Source: Peribolospora baueri | Taxonomy: Eukaryota | NCBI GenBank assembly: GCA_029717555.1 | Contig: JAMDHS010000013.1 | Coordinates: 124,001 to 188,000 of the forward strand | DNA: 64,000 nucleotides | Reading direction: 5' to 3' | Shown here: piece after piece, positions 22,166-34,828 of the stretch | Layout of the letters: each line of letters begins with the position of its first letter | How positions within the stretch are numbered: the first letter of the stretch is position 1 | The notes under the pieces: generated by a model | What the model was told of the DNA's origin: nothing | Databases searched by the model: none | Seen by the model: the letters and a program-made list of their open reading frames with translations, nothing else | Position numbers and translations under genes: made by a program

Positions 22166-25100
22166 TCAGATGTCCATCATATCTACATAATTCCCTTCGG
22201 ACGGTGGTGGCGATGACGAGGAAGAGGGAGAGGGAGAACTAGCGGGCAGCGTCGGTTGCGCTCGCTTTCGTGGCGGTGGCACCTCGTCCGAGTCGCTGTC
22301 GCTGAGCAGCCAGGACATGTCCTGCGCCGCTGGCGGCCGGGCCGGACGGTCGGTGGAGGAGGGCGACGACAACGTCAAGCTCGAACCGCTCGGGCCTCCT
22401 CGTGCCTCGCCGGCAGACGGCTGTCCCTCCTCGTCTTCTCTCCCGGCGTCTTGGTCAGAACGACGCAACTTGCGCAAGCCCAGACTCCTCTGCTTCTTCC
22501 CGCCGCCGTTGCGAGTCGTGTCAGGCGGGCGGTGACTAGGTGTGGCGGTCAGCAGAGAATCGAGACCCGCTTCGATCGCTTCGTCGTCTTCATCCTCGTC
22601 CAAGCGCAGCAACAGCTCTTCCTCCGCCGCTTTTTCCTTTCCCTTTCGTTTGGCGCCCCCGCGGCCCGATGTCAACAAGGTGGCAGCGGTCATAAAAGTC
22701 GTTATCGCTCCCTCGGGCATGTTCCTCGCCGGATCGCTGTTCCGCTTCCTCTTCGTCCCTGTGGTGCTGTTGCTGACCTTGCGATTGGAGCTGCGTCTGC
22801 GCACGTACTTCTCCACCGCCACCACCTTCTCTACCGATCGCGTGTTGTATTCGCGGGGTACGAGTCGCTCGCAGTCCTCGTAGAGCTCATAGACCGTGCC
22901 CGCCGTGATGCCTTTTTGAACGTGCTTGTACGCGTCTTGCGCATGACGCCAGCTTTGCTCTTCTCGACCCTCCGACATCAAGACGACGATGCGGCCCTCA
23001 CGTTTGCGCCCAGTGCGGCCGACGCGTTGGAGCTTCCGAATAGAGGTCGAGCAGGGTGGATTAGTGTCAGTGAGCGAGAGCAAAAATCGGCGTCCCAAAG
23101 AAGAAAAAAAAGTCCGAACCGGCGCTCACCATTCGAACCGAGTCCTTGACCGCCTCATAACAGACGATCAGATCGACTTCGCCGATGTCCAGACCCTCTT
23201 CGCCGATGGAAGTGGCGACCAGAACGTTGAATTCGCCTTCCTTGAAACGACGGATTGTCTGATCACACGGCACGGCGGCACGAAGGCGCACATCAAGGTC
23301 AATCTCTCCCTCGCTCTCAAACCGCACCGCCAGTCGGATGCAGCCAGAGAGGATTGCATGTCGGCCAACTCACCTCTCCTTGGTCCTTCTGCCTCATGCC
23401 CCTTCCGCCAGCAGAGTCCTGGGCCTGCCCTACGAACTGCGTCGCCCTCAATCCACCTTCGTTGAGCGCTTGCACGATCTCCTGCACTCCAGCGCGGAAC
23501 TGACAGAACACCATGATCCTCGTCTCAGCAGCTTGCTCCCGAGGCGGCGGGTCGCCGTTCTCGTCCAGGTCGGCCAACAGATCTCGCTGCATGGCCTCCC
23601 TTTCTTTACTCTCAAAGTGGTCCTTGACGACGACGAGAAGTCTCTCCATCTTCGGATGCTCGTATCGGCCCGTGGGTGTTCGAAGGCTCTCGATCGCGCG
23701 TTTCATGTCCTTGAAAACCGGGTTGCTTTCAGTGAAGAGCTTGTTGGACGTCGACGCGCCCTTCTTCTTGCCGCTGCCTCCGTTCCCGCCGGATTCCAGC
23801 TCGGTGACGGCAGATTGAAACATGCCCACGGACTCCTCGACCAAATACTGCATCGCGCGTGCCATGGACTGAAGCGTTTTCAGGCTTGTCCACGCCCAGG
23901 GCTGACGGTTGAGCAAGCCCCTTTTCTGGGGATTGCCACGCGTTTTTTGGATGACGTATGCATGGAGTAAGACGGGGTCTTGAGGATGAAGGATGCCTTG
24001 TGCTACCAAAGGCTTCATGATGGTCTGAAAGGGGAATAGACCAAAGAGATGAGACGACGGTGATATTCGCAGGTGCCCATTCCAGCACTCACGTTCATGA
24101 GTTCCGCCCATTGGTCCCGTATCAAGCGAACTGTAGGTCCGAGTTCGACTTTCTCCTGTTGCTCCGTCTACAACCAAGGTGGAAACATCTCGCCATCAGG
24201 GCAATGTAGCTCTGCTCCAAAACGAAAGGGAACGAACCTTTTTGTGGACATAGTCCCGAATGTCCAAAGCAGCCTCGCTTCTGATCTCGATATGCCCGAT
24301 GTGCAAGTTGTCAATGACCTCCTGCACCTTGTCCGCATGGTTGCCCGGTGTCGCCGTCAGCGCGAGCACGCGAAAGTAAGGGTTTACCGGCATCATAAAA
24401 CGAATAATTTCCGCATAGGCGTAGTTGCCTGTTGCCCTGTGGGCTTCGTCTGGACAAATGAAAAGCCACAAAGATCGTCTGAGTGGAAAGCCAGACGACT
24501 CGGGCAGAATCTGAATGCTCACCTATAACTAGGCATATGATGTCTCGTGCGTCCAAAGTCCCCTTCTGAAGGTCGTTGTGAAGAGTCTGCCATGACAAAG
24601 TCGTCCAGCCTCAGCAGGGCCATGGTGGGTGCGCAGAGAGCAGAACATGTGTCGTCAAGTAAAGCCTACCTGTGGAGTCATGTAGAATACTCGGCGAGTA
24701 GCGTACTAAATAGAAAAGAAAGAAAGCGGGCGCCACGTGAGAGATCGTCCAAATCGACGGTCTGAACGATTCGCCGAGTGGGCTATGATTGACTCGCCTC
24801 TTCTTCCCGAATCGCTCTACTCTTCTCGCCTGTGAGTTCAGCAGCATCATTGCCCGGTATGCCGCATGTCTCATGACAAGCTTCGACCTGCTGCGCAACG
24901 AGGGGTTTCGTAGGCGCGACGAAAATGACTAAAATGACAGACGTACGAGCGCGTATGGTGAGCTGGCCGGGCTCTTGTTCGTGCCACAGTGATGATGCGT
25001 GCCTACCCTTGCCCTGAGGAAACCATCGATAAAAGTTGAGCATAACCACGCCAGCGATGAATGTCTTGCCGAGACCGGTTGGAAGAGAGACCAATACGTT

Positions 25101-26343
25101 GCTAAGGAGAAGGATCAAGGATCAAGGTCACACGGTATGAGAAAGGGACTGACTTTGTCAGCACACACGAACCGGGTCCAAAGCCGACAATCGTGGTTGC
25201 AGACCGATGCTCACTTGAAAAGCGTCTTTTGGACAATGTTAAACTGATAATCACGCTTTGGCTTGTTCAGAGGGTATACCCATGTCTGGGCGGCTTCAGG
25301 ATCTATCTTCAGCTTCATAGGAGGCGGCTGTCGGAAGAATGGAAAGGAAATGCATCGTCGAAACATGGAAAAAAACGGTAGCGTGATGAAAGAGAACTCA
25401 CAGGCCTGAAGACAGTGGCACGACCAAAGGTTGGAGAGCGCAAGAAGAGGATACAATGAGATTTCCCTGGCGTCTTTGAACGGAACTGAGACGACCGGAC
25501 GCTTACCCCGCTGCGTACGGACGATCAAAGAGAGACCCCGGTCAGGGTCTAATCAGTCAAAGGAAAATGCAGTTAAGGGATTGGAAAAAAAGTGAAATGG
25601 GACCCACGAGGAATGTTGGCAAGGCCAGCAACAGGACCCACAACTTCGGTCTCATCGTCGTCAATGTCGACATCGCCGTCGTCATCCTCGAAGTAAGTTT
25701 CGCTGTCCCTCCCCTTTCTCCGCCTCCGCCCCGTCTGCGCGAAAGCCGTCTTGTCCCACTTCTTCCGCAATCCTAGCGCCTGTTTCGCCGGGCTCTGACT
25801 CGACAACCCAGCCCAGAGTCCTTCCCCAGCACCACGAAATGATGCCATAACGCCTGACGCAGGCGCGCTTTGTGACAGCATCCCTGGGCCGGCCGAAGTC
25901 GACGGACCGGGCGGGGTGCGTCGAAAGCTAGGAGAAGAGCTGGATTCTTGGCCAGAAGTAGATGGGACTGCTGCTACCCCTCCAAACAGCGTGCGCTGTC
26001 TGAGCGTCTGTGAAGAAGGCGTTGATCGAGCGAGAACGGTGGACCGCGTTGGTGACTTTGGCGAGGCGGTTGGCGCTGATCGAGCGAGGACGGTTGAGCG
26101 CGATGGTGACCTTTGGGACGAGGATGACCCAACGGCAAAGCCACTGTCCTTGCCACTGCTTCTGCCCTCCACACCTCCGCTGCTCGCTCGAGCGTTGGCA
26201 TCGGCGGCTCCATGGGTGGACGTCGTTCGTGAGGGTGCCTGCGGTGGAGGGGCGTATAGGCGCTCGAACCGGTCGATCTCCTGGAGCTCTTCTGCCTCCA
26301 GATCGCCAAACTCTTCGAAGAAGTCATCCTCGCCGTCCGCCAT
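22166..26343 (-). CDS. MPH1: ATP-dependent DNA helicase Mph1/FANCM
   Basis: [72 protein letters not shown] and [12 protein letters not shown]. Confidence 0.96.
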
Positions 26344-26423
26344 GGCAATGGTGCTGAACGCAGCGAAGGTCGGAGAAAGCCGTCGTCACTATCCTATCCT
26401 TGTCGCCTCGCCTTCGCCGCCGT

Positions 26424-26466
26424 CGCGTCTCGACTTGAGATGCGGCAATCAACGCGCGACGCGTCT
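26424..26466. promoter_or_regulatory. MCB-like CGCG/ACGCGT cluster upstream of MPH1
   Basis: ACGCG at 26452-26456, ACGCGT at 26459-26464 and CGCGT near 26424, 80-120 bp upstream of the ATG. Confidence 0.55.
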
Positions 26467-26658
26467 CAGCACTGCGGCACTCCGACTACATCGACTGCGG
26501 CACCCGCCTCGCTGGATTGACCGCTTGCACACATGAACCGGCCAACGAAGTCATCGGGGACAGAACGTTTCGAGCGTGGAAGGGTATAAAATGCTAGTAT
26601 ACAGGAGAGGAAGACCTCATGCTTACACATCATGTGCTGACCTACTTTGCCACGCCTC

Positions 26659-29600
26659 TTAGAGATTCGCCAAATGCCACTCCAGCACCTCCGCCAGAAC
26701 ACCCAAATCGTGGTACTTTGCGATGTTGCCCAAACTTCGGAGCTTGCGGACCATCTCAGCACGAGTAGTCTTGCAGCCCCACACGCCGGAACATTCGCAG
26801 TGGCTGCTCAAGTAGTCCGCCTTGATCTGCCTGCATTTGGTGCATTGCAAGTCCTGCAGCTGGTACGCGGTGACGTGCCGGCGGACGACGTCGACGAGCT
26901 TGCTCTCGATCCCTCGCCTGTCGTATGGCGTCTTACAGCTCGCACATTGCCAGACGCGCGCCGTAGACGTACCGCCCGGGAGAGGTTTCCCGAGGGCATC
27001 GACGGCGGGCAGCGGCAAGAGATCGGCGTCACGACAAAGGTCAAAGTCGCGCATGTCGTTGCAGTAGGTGCAGATGACCAGTGGCAGCTTGAACGGGTTT
27101 TCGCATGGGTCCCTCCACATGGCCTCATCGGCGAAGTCGCGCACACCGATGTAGTGGAGAAGGTTACGCCTAATGACCTGCACCTCGACGCTGAGCTCCT
27201 GTGCTAAGCCGAGAACGGCTACGGTCGTCTTGATGAATTCCAGCACCGGGTTCGTCGGGTTCAGATGCGTGCCGGGCAAGATGGGGAAAGCGTATTGCAT
27301 CTGCAGATCCGGGTCGACGGCCGCATGAGACATCTCGTGAACCGCGTTGTCGACGACCTTGAGGAGGTGACGGAATAGCTGTTCGTTCACGTATTTCTTG
27401 ACGCGCTGCACCTCCTTCGTCTTCACCGGGTTCGCTTGCGTCTGCGTCATGTTCTGCAGCACCTTGAGCGGAGTGCGGAGCTGAGCCGCGGATTGACGCT
27501 TACAGTGGCACACCTTATAGATGAACTGGCCGATGACGTGCTCAAAGTGGGGTTGGAGCGCCAGGGGTAGGAACGACTGGACATTCCACGCCATCTCCAC
27601 CTGGAACGCCATTGTCGGCTCGACGGCCGCCGGGTTGTGGTCGATGACGCCGCCAAAGTTCGCATTGTCCATCCAGAGCAGGGTGTCCCAGAAATGGACC
27701 ATATCGAGGCTGACGTGCTTGAACAATTGGCGAGAACAAACGGCGCTGAGGATGTAGTTGCCATAGGCGTAGGCGCTCCCCGCCGTCGGTTTGGTCGTGA
27801 GCAAGAAGATACGACCGAAGCTGGCATACACGACGCTGGAGCCGAGCCTCTTAAATTCGGCCAGAAGCTGTAGGAAGGTCTTTTTCATCAGGCCGTGGAT
27901 GAAGCGGTGAAGAGCCGGATCGAAAAGGGCCGACAAATTCGAGCTAACCCATCGCCAGAAGTGCGCGACAAGAAGATCGCTCAGCTCGCTGCCACCTCGG
28001 GCCTTCTCCAGATACCACGACTTGACCATACTCTTGAGCGCCAGGAACGTTTGCTGCGAAAGTACTGCGTCGCCCAGCGCCAACGCTGAATGTGCAGTAC
28101 CCTTCGAATACTCGTCGAGGGTGTGCGAGGACGCGTCGAAAGCCATAGCGCCGGCGCCGCTGCCCTCCATCTCGTTTACAAGTGCCGACTGCAGCACGGC
28201 GTTGACCGCGAGGTCGCGCAGCTCGATTTCCAGACAGACGTTGGAGTAGCAGCCTGGCTTGGAAAACTCTGGGCTGGCAAGGTCGTCCGCCTGCTGGGCA
28301 TGCGCATCTTCTTCCCGGCCACCCAGATCCGGTGCCAAGCCGGGCGCCCACCATAGCACCATATCCTGCCTGATGAGGCGTCGCGCGAATTCGATGTCGG
28401 CGAGGAATATGGGTATATCCTTGCCAACGTTGCAGAGCGGGACGTCGAAGTGCGCAGACAAGGCGATGCGCTGGGTGACCCAGGACGAGATATGAAGGTA
28501 ATGCCCAAGCATCCTCTTCGAACTAAACAACTGCCATCCGAGCGGAGGGAAGTTGTCTTCGCGCGACATGCCGTCGACCATGAGTACGGGGAACTCGGAA
28601 ACCGAGGGGACGTGCCGCTCGTAGTAAGACAGCTCCCTCGCCGAGCAGACGACGAGCATGGTGGACCGACCCGACCGCTGGGCGACGAGCTCCTTGGATA
28701 GAGCTCTGAACGCCAACGACTCTTGTCGATAGAAGTTGGTGTCAAACTTGATCCTGTTGGAATAATCGAAGACGCCGGCCCCATCCTTCAGTCCGCCTTT
28801 GTCCCTAGCAGCTGCGACCCGATCGGCGTAGGCTTTCTCGAGGTTCGGCAGTTGACGTAGACCCGCCGATTCCACGACATATACTTTGGCTACTGCCGCG
28901 TCCGGCGTGAAAAGCCCGAAAATATGTCGCCCGTCCTTCGCTGCATGATACAAGTAGAGGTACCTGAGCTCTCGGCCGCGACCGTCGCCAAGGTATTTGT
29001 GGCGCGCAAGCGAGGGGGCGGCTTTGACGAGGTCCTCGAGGTCGAAGCCAGTGTCGAGACCTTTACTCAGTCGCCCCATGCCCGCCTTGTCCATGGCGCA
29101 GAAGGCCCCCAGTTTGAGAAGAGCGCGCATCTCGAGCGGCACTTGTGTTTCGTAGACGCCGTCCACGTTGGGATGATTGAGTAAGCTGGAGAAGTGCGAC
29201 TCCTCCTGCAAGAAGACGTTCTCAGGAACGCTGATCTTAAAGAGGTTGAGAGCAGGGTGGCCGCGGGGGAGAGTGCGCACGAGCTGCTCGGCACGATACG
29301 ACGGGAGAAACGTGCGTTCCCGAGGCAAGCTCTTCAGATTTAGGTAGAACTCGCGGGGTATGCGAAGCTTGACGGCCTGTAGTTGATGGTTGATGGATAG
29401 CCACAGCTTGAATTCGCCCGGACGCGCGGTCGGAACGATTTGAACGACGTCCCATACGCTAGAGGCGAGCGTCATCGACCTTTGCTGAAACAGAGAACCC
29501 AACGCTCCTCTGGCAGGTCCAGGAAGCATGGCATGCCCATTCGCACGCTGTCGCTCCCTTCGTTCCTCGCGCTGCCTTCGCCAACGCTTCCGCATCACCC

Positions 29601-32600
29601 GCAGCCACCCAGAGTAATCCTCGCGCATGTCAGGAGCCGATTCCTCAAGGTCGATGGCGCCCGCCACAGCCGCTTTGCTCCGCCGTGCGGAGGAGAGTGA
29701 GGCAGCCTTTCCGTTGAGTGCGTCAAGTCTGGGCTGACTGGGCTCGCCAAAGCTCTCGATGTCCGGAACCTCGGCTTTTGCGAGGGCCGGCTTAGCCATG
29801 ACCGCTTGTTTGGCGAACATGTCGGTCAGCTTGTGCTGCTTGAACTTGTCCGTCCTAGCGGTAACGCGTTTGAAGAGCCAATCGGGATGCCGAATCCGAG
29901 GAACCGGATTAGTTACTTTTTGCATCGCCGCGGGGATGGTGATCAATTTCTGGATGACTGAACCCAAGCGCTCAACGTAGTAGCCCCAATCCAGGACAGA
30001 GCGGAGGTCGAAGTCGGACAAGCTATTGTCCTTGAGCCACTTGCGTAGGAAGTGTCGCTTGACGGACGGCTCAGCAGAGAAGATCGTGACCGGCACTGCT
30101 CGCTCCGTCACAGGCGCACCTTGTGGTTTGGAGGAGATGATGAACCGACAGGACAAACCCTTATCCTTGACCATTTGCTCGCCGAGGAATTCTGCCAGAC
30201 GTCTAGCCGTGCTGATCGATGTTGACTTTTGGCCCCCGTACTCGGCCAATGTCTTCGACATGCTTCTGTTCTCAGCAATGAGATCCACAAGTTCTCCATC
30301 GTCGAGGCTAGCGCCTTTGCTGAAAAGTACGTCGAGCCACTGATCTGCCACCTTGGCCACCGCCGCATAGCACTCGTCGAGCGTCTCGCCAAGCAAGAAT
30401 TTCTCGAAGATCTGACCTTGAAAAATCTTGATGAGTTGCAACTCGCCGCGGCGCTTGACCTCGAATCCTTTCAGCTCCGCCAGTGACCCGTCGTGGTTGA
30501 AGACGGCGTAGCGCTTCTTGAGCAGCTTGTCCTCTTCCTTGGACGACGGCAGGATCATGGCGCGATACGGACCGTCGAGCTCGAAGAAGATGGAGTTCTC
30601 ACTGTGTACCCCATAGACGCCGGCGTCCTTGTCGACCAGATCGTGATACTGATGGTTTGTGAAGCGGGCATGGACGAGGTGGTTGAGCATGGTACAAGGA
30701 TACGAGATCTTCAGGGATTTTCCGTTGAGGAACTTAAACGTGAAGTCCTCGGGAAAAACACCGGGTAGCATGCACCAAATGCCGTCGGTGTCGAGTTCGA
30801 GCGGTCTGCCGATCTGCTCGACGAGCTGGCGCGCCATCTGAATGATCGTTGCACCGGTCAGGCATGTGATACCGGCCATCTCCATTGAGTACCACCGAGC
30901 GCCCTTGCGCATGACGTAGCCGTAGAAGGAGTTGAGAATACACTTGTGCGCAAGTTGAAGCGAGTCGTAGAGGACGATCATCTTCTTCGCCTCCACGATC
31001 TCCGTGAGCGAGTCGCCTTCGACAGCCTTGTCGAGGTTCTTTTTCCAGGTCCTATGCGCGAAGGGAAAGGGCGAAGCGAATTGAGTTCAAGTTGCAATGC
31101 AGGTAACGGATGGCAAGCGTCACGTCGAACTCACTTGTGCAGGCCCTTGTACTCATAGCGACGGTCTCGGAACGCGCGCACTGTGTCAATGTAGAATGGG
31201 TTTTCGCGCTGACATATGGTCGCCTCCTTGTACACGATCTTCGTCTCGTGCGTCTTCTTATAGACTTTGCGCGAATAGTCACCAAGACGTTTGTGAAGGA
31301 GGCTGGTCTGCTCGGAAGGAGTCAGATCGGTGAATTGGCGTTTCGGCCCATCGAGTTGCTTCGGCGGGAAGGATTCTTGGTTGAGCGCATGTTGGATCAT
31401 GTTGAACTCGTCGCGCTTTGCCGGAAAGTATTCGCCGCGCCAGGCCCATGTCATCCGACGATCGCACGTCTTGCCCGGGCGGTTGTAGTCACACGTTGCG
31501 CACGTCGCATCGTCCACGACACTGTCGGGTTGCAAACGGTTCGAAAGCATGATGTTCGGATACATTGCGGCGACGTCGAGGTGGTAGATGAGCGGCTTGT
31601 CCTGGCGCAAAGGTTGATCCCGCATCGTTTCCAGGGCGGATCGGATCTGGGCCTTGACTTCGTCATAGTTAGCGACGTCTCCAAGAGCCATCTTTCCCTC
31701 CTCAACGATGGCGAATTGAAGTGCTGCATCAAGTTCATCGATAAGCTGGTCCAATGCGAAGGTTGAGGTGAGTCAATGTCAACAGCAATGAAGCAGGCAG
31801 ACGCCAACAGGCCGACATCTGAACTCACCTGCTGACAAGCTTGTGGCTCAACCTTGAAATCTGTCGGTATGTCGCTGCGAAAGACACCGGCCTCGAGAGC
31901 TTCGACGTGCCCGCCCACGTACGTCTCAGACTCCAGCAGATGACCTTCGAACATGGCCCCGGTCGGATCGACATGACGATTCGGCATGATGATCTCCGCC
32001 ACGTAGGCTTGGACCTACAAGGGCGTAAATAAGACAGGAGTGTCAAATGTAAGTCAATGAAAAGCTGTGCTTCCACAAGTCAATAATCGGGCCCTCACCA
32101 TTAGCAAAGTCTCGCACAGTGTACCCGAACCCTTCCTCAAGACTTCGTCCGGATTGAGGGGAATGATGTTACAGAGGGAGAAGATAAACGGGTGCACGTA
32201 TTTCATATAGAGGTAGTACGTCGCGACTGCGTCGGACACCGAGTACTGGGCGAGCGTTTGCGGCTGCTCCACAGCGTACCTGTAGAAACGAAAGCAGACC
32301 CGTGAGCTTAAGACAAACAGGCGCCGGCCTAGTTACGTGCGGCCAAAAACGACGCACGGAGTCATCAGTTCTGGGTCAAGTTCGAGAGGATCGTATCCAA
32401 GCTTGGCCACCGTGACGGCCTTGAGACCTTGACTCCCTTGGGGAAGGTAAGAGTCGCGCTTCACCCATCTGTGAATCGACCATGGCCGCAAATGTATTCA
32501 GCTCTCTATGCGCCTTGCGCGACGCATATGACCACACCTCACCTGAAACAGTCCATGTGCGCACAAGACCTGCTCTTGAACTCGTCCTCCGAGTCCCGAG

Positions 32601-34281
32601 CAAACCCGATCTCGTGCATCATGTCGATGCCGTGGAAAGTAGATCTAGCCTCGAGGAAAGGAAAGTCGAAAGAGTCACCGTTGTACGTTGCCATCACCGT
32701 CGGTCGAGCTTCCCGGATGTGTTCAAAGAAGCGGCGAATGACCGATACCTTTGAAGCGGCGCGAGTTCAAGGGATCAGTGATAGTTTGAGATTAGCCGCA
32801 GGGGGCCGAACGAAAGACTCACCTCGTCTGGTTCGTTAAAAACGACGAACGGGCCCTCATACTCCTCCTTCGGGGTATACTCAAAGTCTTGGATATCCTC
32901 GCTGACGATCTCTCTGTTGGTGATGAGGAAACCTTGACCGTCGACCATGTACGAAATCATCATGACTTGATCGCTAGCGGAGTCGGGAAATTTGAGCGGC
33001 TGTTTGGTCGTCTCGATGTCGAACGCCATCACCACTGGTTCGGCACGCTTCACGCGTTCGGGGACTGGTCTGAGAGAGATGGAGCCGGCGTCCGCGCGAA
33101 CGGTGTACCACATACCGACGCGAATGTCTGGGTTGCGAAACCAGAAGGCGAAGTGCAGAAGTCAAGACTAGCAAAGGGGCTCGATGAACGACGATGGCGC
33201 TCACCATTATCGATGGCCACTCGCAGATAGTATGGCACGTCGTACTCCCTCACATCAATGATAAGGTCCGCGGGGTCCGTTCCTCTCCCTTTGCCCTTCC
33301 AAGATCCCGTGGCACTTGAGCTCCACGCCTGTTCCTCGCCGCCTTGCTCCTCCAACTCCACCTCGACTGCCCCAAACCCAGACCCCGTTCCAGAAGTGGC
33401 CGAGATCATATCGGCATAGGCGTCTACGGCGTCAAGCTTCGTCCGGTTGGCTAGTTCGATTGGCAAGACGTCCTTGCGAACGCTGAGCAGATCATTTATG
33501 TTGCGGAAGAGGAGCTTGAGATACGTGCGACGGTATCCGAGCAAGTGATTCGGCTTGGGTGGGCAAAGGGAGAAAAAAGATCAGCTGTGAGCAAGGAAGT
33601 GTTGCCGAGCGAATTCTGCAGTCACGAGGCGTACCATCTTCAGGTCCTCCTTCCTGTCTCGGGCTATCTGTATGATCAAGCCGTCGAACTTGCGCATCAG
33701 CCATTCCTCTACCACGGACTCGCTCCCGGACTACGGAGTGCAAAGCGAGGACGCGTCATGTCAGCAGCGACTTTGCAAACAGTGCATGCGTGCCAAGCTC
33801 AGTCACCTTGCAGCCAACATAGAAGTACGGCTCGTAGAGGACGGTCGACTTGAACGTCGCTCCGTCGTCTTGAATGAAGTAGAAGTCCACGGCGGAGCGC
33901 CCTGAGGGCCATTCTTCATCTTTTACAAGCGTCTGCAAATAAATCAAAAGTATAGGCGTTGATATCCCGGCTGGAAAGGCGTTTGCACGGTTTGAGGCAG
34001 GTTCTTGAACTCACAGGATGCATATTGACGAGCCACGCTTCCTTTTCCTCGCCCTCCTGAAACCTCCAGAAGCCGAGACGTTCATCGATCTCGTCACGCG
34101 TCCGAACCTGATGAAACCGCTCCTCTACGTTCGTGCCATCCTCTCCAGGCACACGTTGCGCGCTGGGCGCCCCGGTTCCCGGTCCCTTTCCACCGGCGGA
34201 GGCAGCCCCTCGCCATCGCCCTCGTCCTCTCCCTCTACCTCGGCCGTTGGATGTAAGACCGAACGTGCGGCCACGAGCCAT
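26659..34281 (-). CDS. POL2: DNA polymerase epsilon catalytic subunit
   Basis: Exonuclease MAFDIETTK; polymerase [21 protein letters not shown] and [18 protein letters not shown]-terminal Cys motifs CTYC..WQCASC and QCTKC..CEC. No intein-sized insertion. Confidence 0.99.
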
Positions 34282-34405
34282 GATCGATATTGACGAGGGA
34301 AAAAATTAGAAGAAGGGAGACAGAAGAGAGCCAGATGAAAGGAACAAGGAGGGTACGGTGTGGTGATAGACGAGAGGGGGTGGACAACCTCACAGCGAGA
34401 GTTCG

Positions 34406-34487
34406 CCGCGTCGGGGCGCGCACGCGTCAGGCGCGTTAATTGGGCTATGCGTACGTTAGGGTTATTACGCCTTCCCACGCCCACGTG
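34406..34487. promoter_or_regulatory. POL2/SNC bidirectional promoter: MCB cluster, telomere-like box and E-box
   Basis: Four CGCG cores at 34407-34435 including ACGCGT at 34422-34427; GTTAGGGTTA at 34455-34464; CACGTG at 34482-34487. Confidence 0.6.
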
Positions 34488-34828
34488 CTGGGCGCTCGTT
34501 GTCGACGAGGCTATGAAACCACCGCAAGCGGCGCCGATGAGGCGACGGAGACGACGAGACGAGATCCCAGAACGGAACACATCACGAGAAGAACGAACGG
34601 TCAGACATCAGACGATCCTCGCAACGCTCAAATACGTACGGACACGCCGCACCGCCTCCTCACATTTAACGCCACTTGCGCTCAATCCTCCGGCCCCGCT
34701 TCCCTCTTCCCTACCCTTTGCTTGTCGTGTCCGTCGTTGATCGATCGACCTATCCGACCCTGACCTCCGGTCTACGATCCACAAGCCTTTCACCTTTCTT
34801 CTAACCGCCACCCGCCTGTTCACACGCC

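Noticed and set aside
16023..23149. Long antisense or alternative-frame ORFs (e.g. 16023-16925, 20566-21615, 22256-23149)
   Set aside because: Shadow ORFs over real genes in GC-rich DNA, with no recognisable motifs.
26659..34281. Intein or mobile insertion in POL2
   Set aside because: Motif spacing and total length are normal; no splicing-domain or endonuclease motifs.
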